A stretch of 12,285 nt of DNA, from assembly GCA_963807635.1 (NCBI GenBank), contig CAWEDJ010000084.1:1-12285 (forward strand), read 5' to 3'. Each line of letters starts with the position of its first letter. Position 1 is the first letter of the stretch. The notes under the pieces are model-generated. The model saw only the letters and a program-made list of their open reading frames with translations. It searched no databases and was not told the origin of the DNA. Both the position numbers and the translations under genes were made by a program. Below, piece by piece: positions 9,140 through 12,285 of this stretch. The stretch comes from an uncultured cyanobacterium (GTDB lineage Bacteria > Cyanobacteriota > Cyanobacteriia > Cyanobacteriales > Microcystaceae).

Positions 9140-9168
9140 TTGCAATCTCTCCAAACAATCGTTAGACT
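9140..9168 (+). promoter_or_regulatory. Putative sigma70-type promoter of psbB
   Basis: TTGCAA (9140-9145), 17-bp spacer, TAGACT (9163-9168). Confidence 0.6.
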
Positions 9169-9219
9169 ACTTCAAAATATCCCCACTTTCAAGGGATAAT
9201 AATGAGAACTTAACTTTCG

Positions 9220-9262
9220 ACTCCTAGCTTGTCTTAAAATTTTAAGCAACAAGGTTAGGAGT
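9220..9262 (+). other. Long stem-loop upstream of psbB (5' leader structure or terminator)
   Basis: ACTCCTAGCTTGT...ACAAGGTTAGGAGT arms flank the perfect palindrome CTTAAAATTTTAAG (9233-9246). Confidence 0.6.
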
Positions 9263-9330
9263 TTTGTCCATAACCGAAATACTCAATTTTAATAAAGTGT
9301 CTCTAAAGACCTTAATTGTCAGTTAAATAG

Positions 9331-9336
9331 AAGGAG
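9331..9336 (+). promoter_or_regulatory. Shine-Dalgarno sequence of psbB
   Basis: AAGGAG 5 nt upstream of the ATG at 9342. Confidence 0.75.
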
Positions 9337-9341
9337 CGTCA

Positions 9342-10866
9342 ATGGGACTACCTTGGTATCGAGTTCATACAGTCGTCCTAAATGATCCAGGTCGGCTAAT
9401 TTCCGTTCACCTCATGCACACCGCTCTTGTAGCAGGTTGGGCAGGTTCGATGGCTCTTTATGAGCTTGCTATTTTTGATCCTAGTGATGCCGTTTTAAAT
9501 CCCATGTGGCGGCAAGGGATGTTCGTACTGCCCTTTATGGCCCGCTTAGGCGTGACTTCTTCCTGGGGCGGCTGGAGCGTGACAGGAGAAACAGGTCTTG
9601 ATCCTGGCTTCTGGTCATTTGAAGGTGTAGCTGCGGCTCACATCGTTTTATCTGGTTTATTGTTCCTTGCGGCGGTTTGGCATTGGGTTTACTGGGATTT
9701 AGAATTATTCGTTGATCCCCGTACCGGTGAAGCCGCTCTAGATTTACCGAAAATGTTCGGTATCCACCTATTTCTTTCTGGACTTCTTTGCTTCGGTTTC
9801 GGAGCATTCCATCTCACGGGGGTTTGGGGACCAGGAATGTGGGTATCCGATCCCTACGGACTCACGGGCCATGTTCAACCCGTTGCACCCGAATGGGGGC
9901 CATCAGGCTTTAATCCCTTTAACCCAGGCGGCGTTGTGGCTCACCACATTGCGGCAGGGGTCGTGGGCATTATCGCTGGACTATTTCCATCTCACCGTCC
10001 GTCCGCCCGAACGTCTCTATAAAGCCCTGAGAATGGGAAATATTGAGACCGTTCTTTCCAGTAGTATTGCCGCCGTGTTCTTTGCCGCTTTCATCGTGGC
10101 AGGAACCATGTGGTATGGCAATGCCACCACTCCCATCGAATTATTTGGCCCCACCCGTTACCAATGGGATAAGGGTTATTTCCAAGAAGAAATCCAACGT
10201 CGTGTGGATACCGAAGTTGCTGACGGGGCTTCCCTCACCGAAGCTTGGAATAGCATTCCCGAAAAACTTGCTTTCTATGACTATGTGGGTAATAGCCCTG
10301 CTAAAGGCGGCTTATTCCGTACTGGTGCAATGGATAGCGGTGATGGAATTGCTCAAACCTGGATCGGACATCCTGTGTTTACGGACAAAGATGGTCGGGA
10401 ATTAACCGTTCGTCGGATGCCCAACTTCTTTGAAACCTTCCCCATTATCATGACCGACAAGGATGGCGTGGTTCGTGCTGATATTCCTTTCCGTCGTTCT
10501 GAATCCAAGTTCAGTGTGGAACAAACGGGCGTTACGGTTAGTTTCTACGGTGGGGAATTAGACGGTCAAACGTTCTCCGATGGCCCTTCTGTGAAGAAAT
10601 TTGCTCGTAAGGCTCAGTTGGGTGAAGGCTTTGACTTTGATACTGCAACCCTCAATTCTGATGGGGTATTCCGTACCAGTCCTCGTGGTTGGTTCACCTT
10701 TGGCCACGCTGTTTTTGCTCTGTTATTCTTCTTTGGTCATATTTGGCACGGCTCCCGCACACTTTTCCGAGATGTGTTTGCTGGGGTTGAGGCTGACATG
10801 GAAGAACAAGTCGAGTGGGGCTTGTTCCAAAAGTTGGGCGACAAGACAACCAGAAAAGAGGCTTAA
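9342..10866 (+). CDS. psbB: Photosystem II CP47 chlorophyll-binding protein; one apparent extra base at ~9984-9988
   Basis: [19 protein letters not shown] start; [24 protein letters not shown] across the shift; [16 protein letters not shown]; 1525 nt = 508 codons + 1 base (507 aa when repaired). Confidence 0.97.
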
Positions 10867-10874
10867 GTTGTTTA

Positions 10875-11078
10875 ATCCCCCCTTTGAGAGCGTATTTGTA
10901 CACACATCTACTTGCCTCCCTAGAACTTTGATCCCCCTGCCTACGGCATCCCTCTTAAAAAGGGGGACTGGCTTATTGATAAGAATCTAGCCCCCTTATC
11001 AAGGGGGGTTGGGGGGATCAAAAGCCTAAATGTCTAGAGATTAAAACTTGTGTGTACAGGGTAGCTTTTAAAAGGGAA
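10875..11078. repeat. Nested inverted-repeat (REP/MITE-like) cyanobacterial dispersed element
   Basis: Inverted pairs TGTACACACA 10897-10906 / TGTGTGTACA 11049-11058 and TTTGATCCCCC 10927-10937 / GGGGGATCAAA 11012-11022; internal CCC(C/T)CTT-nnn-AAGGGGG palindromes at 10950-10966 and 10991-11007. Confidence 0.8.
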
Positions 11079-11097
11079 ATAAAGCTCAAATATTCTT

Positions 11098-11143
11098 AAA
11101 AAGAGGATTGAGGTCTGAAAATTGACTTCTCTCCTCTTTTTTT
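11098..11143 (+). terminator. Probable intrinsic terminator downstream of psbB (possibly bidirectional)
   Basis: AAAAGAGGA..AGGTC-loop-GACTT..TCCTCTTTTTTT: imperfect stem followed by T7 and preceded by an A tract. Confidence 0.6.
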
Positions 11144-11162
11144 GAAATTAACTACGAAAACG

Positions 11163-11204
11163 AAAAAACTGGGAATCCTAATTTAGAAAACCCAGTTATT
11201 TTTT
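11163..11204 (-). terminator. Probable intrinsic terminator downstream of hliC
   Basis: AACTGGG (11167-11173) / CCCAGTT (11191-11197) stem with flanking A and T tracts, ~35 bp after the hliC stop. Confidence 0.55.
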
Positions 11205-11233
11205 GAGATTGACAAAGCTCTGATAAAAATAGT

Positions 11234-11380
11234 TTAGAGAACACCAAAGAAGTGGAGTACGCCTTGACCAGTGGTTAATTCAAGGATTAAAGCTGCGGAA
11301 AAACCGATCATAGCCAAGCGGCCATTCCAGTTTTCTGCGAAGGTGGTAAAGCCAAATTTGCCGTTAGATTCGTTGTTCAT
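11234..11380 (-). CDS. hliC: High-light-inducible protein (HLIP/SCP), HliC/ScpB-like, 48 aa
   Basis: [48 protein letters not shown] with the ExxNxR chlorophyll-binding motif. The true start is inferred at ATG 11380 because the longer ORF runs through the promoter. Confidence 0.9.
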   Translation of the reverse strand: MNNESNGKFGFTTFAENWNGRLAMIGFSAALILELTTGQGVLHFFGVL

Positions 11381-11418
11381 AGTAGTTCCGAGAATTTTTG
11401 CTAAGGTCTGTAACGAGT

Positions 11419-11436
11419 TATGTAAACAAATGTAAC
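11419..11436 (-). promoter_or_regulatory. HLR1 element (RpaB binding site)
   Basis: Minus strand GTTACATT-TG-TTTACATA exactly matches the (G/T)TTACA(T/A)(T/A)-N2 direct-repeat consensus. Confidence 0.88.
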
Positions 11437-11457
11437 AAACTCTTGTAAAAAAAGCAA
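11429..11457 (-). promoter_or_regulatory. Putative hliC promoter
   Basis: Minus strand TTGCTT (11457-11452), 17-bp spacer, extended -10 TGnTACATT (11434-11429), overlapping HLR1. Confidence 0.65.
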
Positions 11458-11503
11458 GTCTAAGAAGTAATTTTTTTTTGAGCGCGATCGCATTCTCCAT
11501 TTC

Positions 11504-12285
11504 TCAAGACCCACAAACTTTCTCTAGAACGGCTTTGTGGTCTAGGGTTTGGTCAATAATGGCTTGGCGTTGGGAATCGCCCAAAGGGACTTTTTCGGAA
11601 TAAATCTTTTTCCAGGTTCGGTTGATTAAAAGGGGATCATTGGGTAACTCCGTTAACTCCCAGCCCGACATATTAGCCTCTGCCATTAAACGACTAACCT
11701 TGGGGTCATAGCTCAAGGCAGAACAACGAGAGCCTTCCTGAAGTGGCCATAATCAAGCTATGGAGACGCATTCCAATGGTCAAAGCAACGCCTTGAAAGA
11801 GTCCTTTCAGTTTTCTGGGGTCGGATTCCTGCACAATTTGATAGTTTCCCGTTAACCGAGCCGCTATTGCCTGAGCAAGTTCTAAATCCTGAGACATTTG
11901 GAAGGGAATTAAGAGGAAAGAACTTTCGGTCGCTTGCTGGAACTGGACTAGAGCGGTAATCAGGGTTTCTAGGTGATCGGGAGTCAGGGAAGAATGGCGA
12001 CGTAGATTGACTGCCACAAGGGGAGGAACTAAATTTTCTTGCAAATCAGATTTTTGGCCCGTTAACACCCACACAGGATCGGGAGCGAGTACATAGGGGA
12101 TTTTCCATTGGTCTAGCAGTCGAGCAGAAGCCTGGTCTCTCACACTCACCGCCGTACAGCGTTTTAAAGTTTGTTGAGTGAGCCAACGGGTTAAAGGTCG
12201 TTTAATGGGGCCATTCCTCTCACCCTGATGCAATGGTTTTTAAACCCAGTAATTGGGTCAAGATTATCAATCCGCCATAATAAAT
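11504..12285 (-). CDS. csaB: Polysaccharide pyruvyl transferase CsaB, 5'-truncated by the window edge; two apparent frameshifts (~12213-12228 and ~11737)
   Basis: Segments IYYGGL..QLLGLKTIA, GPIKRPLTRWL, VSVRDQAS, APDPVW, IGMRLHSLIMA and ALSYDPKV are split across two frame changes. Confidence 0.88.

Larger units (their letters stand above)
993..11491. repeat. HIP1 octamer (GCGATCGC), dispersed
   Basis: 14 perfect copies counted by eye, starting at 993, 1812, 3138, 3351, 4432, 4573, 4638, 5994, 6802, 7728, 8195, 8713, 9039 and 11484; many 1-mismatch variants. Confidence 0.9.

Noticed and set aside
820..10405. Other short alternative-frame ORFs (820-1017, 1393-1587, 5434-5634, 5720-5926, 5827-6057, 7615-7836, 8138-8326, 8900-9091, 9535-9807, 10043-10405)
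   Set aside because: All overlap well-supported genes in other frames or strands and lack recognisable motifs.
10601..10990. ORFs 10601-10990 (+), 10694-10903 (-) and 10723-10905 (-)
   Set aside because: Out-of-frame or antisense to the psbB 3' end and running into the repeat; no protein-like motifs.
10875..11078. CRISPR array or autonomous IS
   Set aside because: Repeats are inverted and nested, not direct with unique spacers; no cas or transposase gene in the window.
11381..11500. 40-aa N-terminal extension of HliC in the ORF track
   Set aside because: It overlaps the HLR1 site and promoter; HliC-type proteins begin at the MNNE-like Met.

Overview
Core-genome window from a unicellular cyanobacterium, probably Synechocystis-like (14 HIP1 GCGATCGC octamers, psbB, hliC). 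In order it holds: a secreted Cys-motif hypothetical protein (-); a KimA/YdaO-like APC/KUP transporter (+); a minus-strand run of a TIGR04282/DUF2064 transferase, a class I SAM methyltransferase, a LapA-like Pro-rich membrane protein and a probable outer-membrane beta-barrel; then, divergently, a conserved hypothetical protein, ygfZ and an N-acetylmuramoyl-L-alanine amidase (+); psbB/CP47 (+); a ~200-bp nested palindromic repeat; hliC with an HLR1 (RpaB) site over its promoter (-); and the 3' part of csaB (-). Five genes, including psbB, are split by about seven net single-base frameshifts and contain no other premature stops. This is most simply explained by read/consensus error, not real decay. 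I found no convincing novel multi-gene system. The best leads are the frameshift pattern, the nested palindromic element, the KimA-like transporter, the methyltransferase/TIGR04282 pair and the uncharacterised envelope genes.
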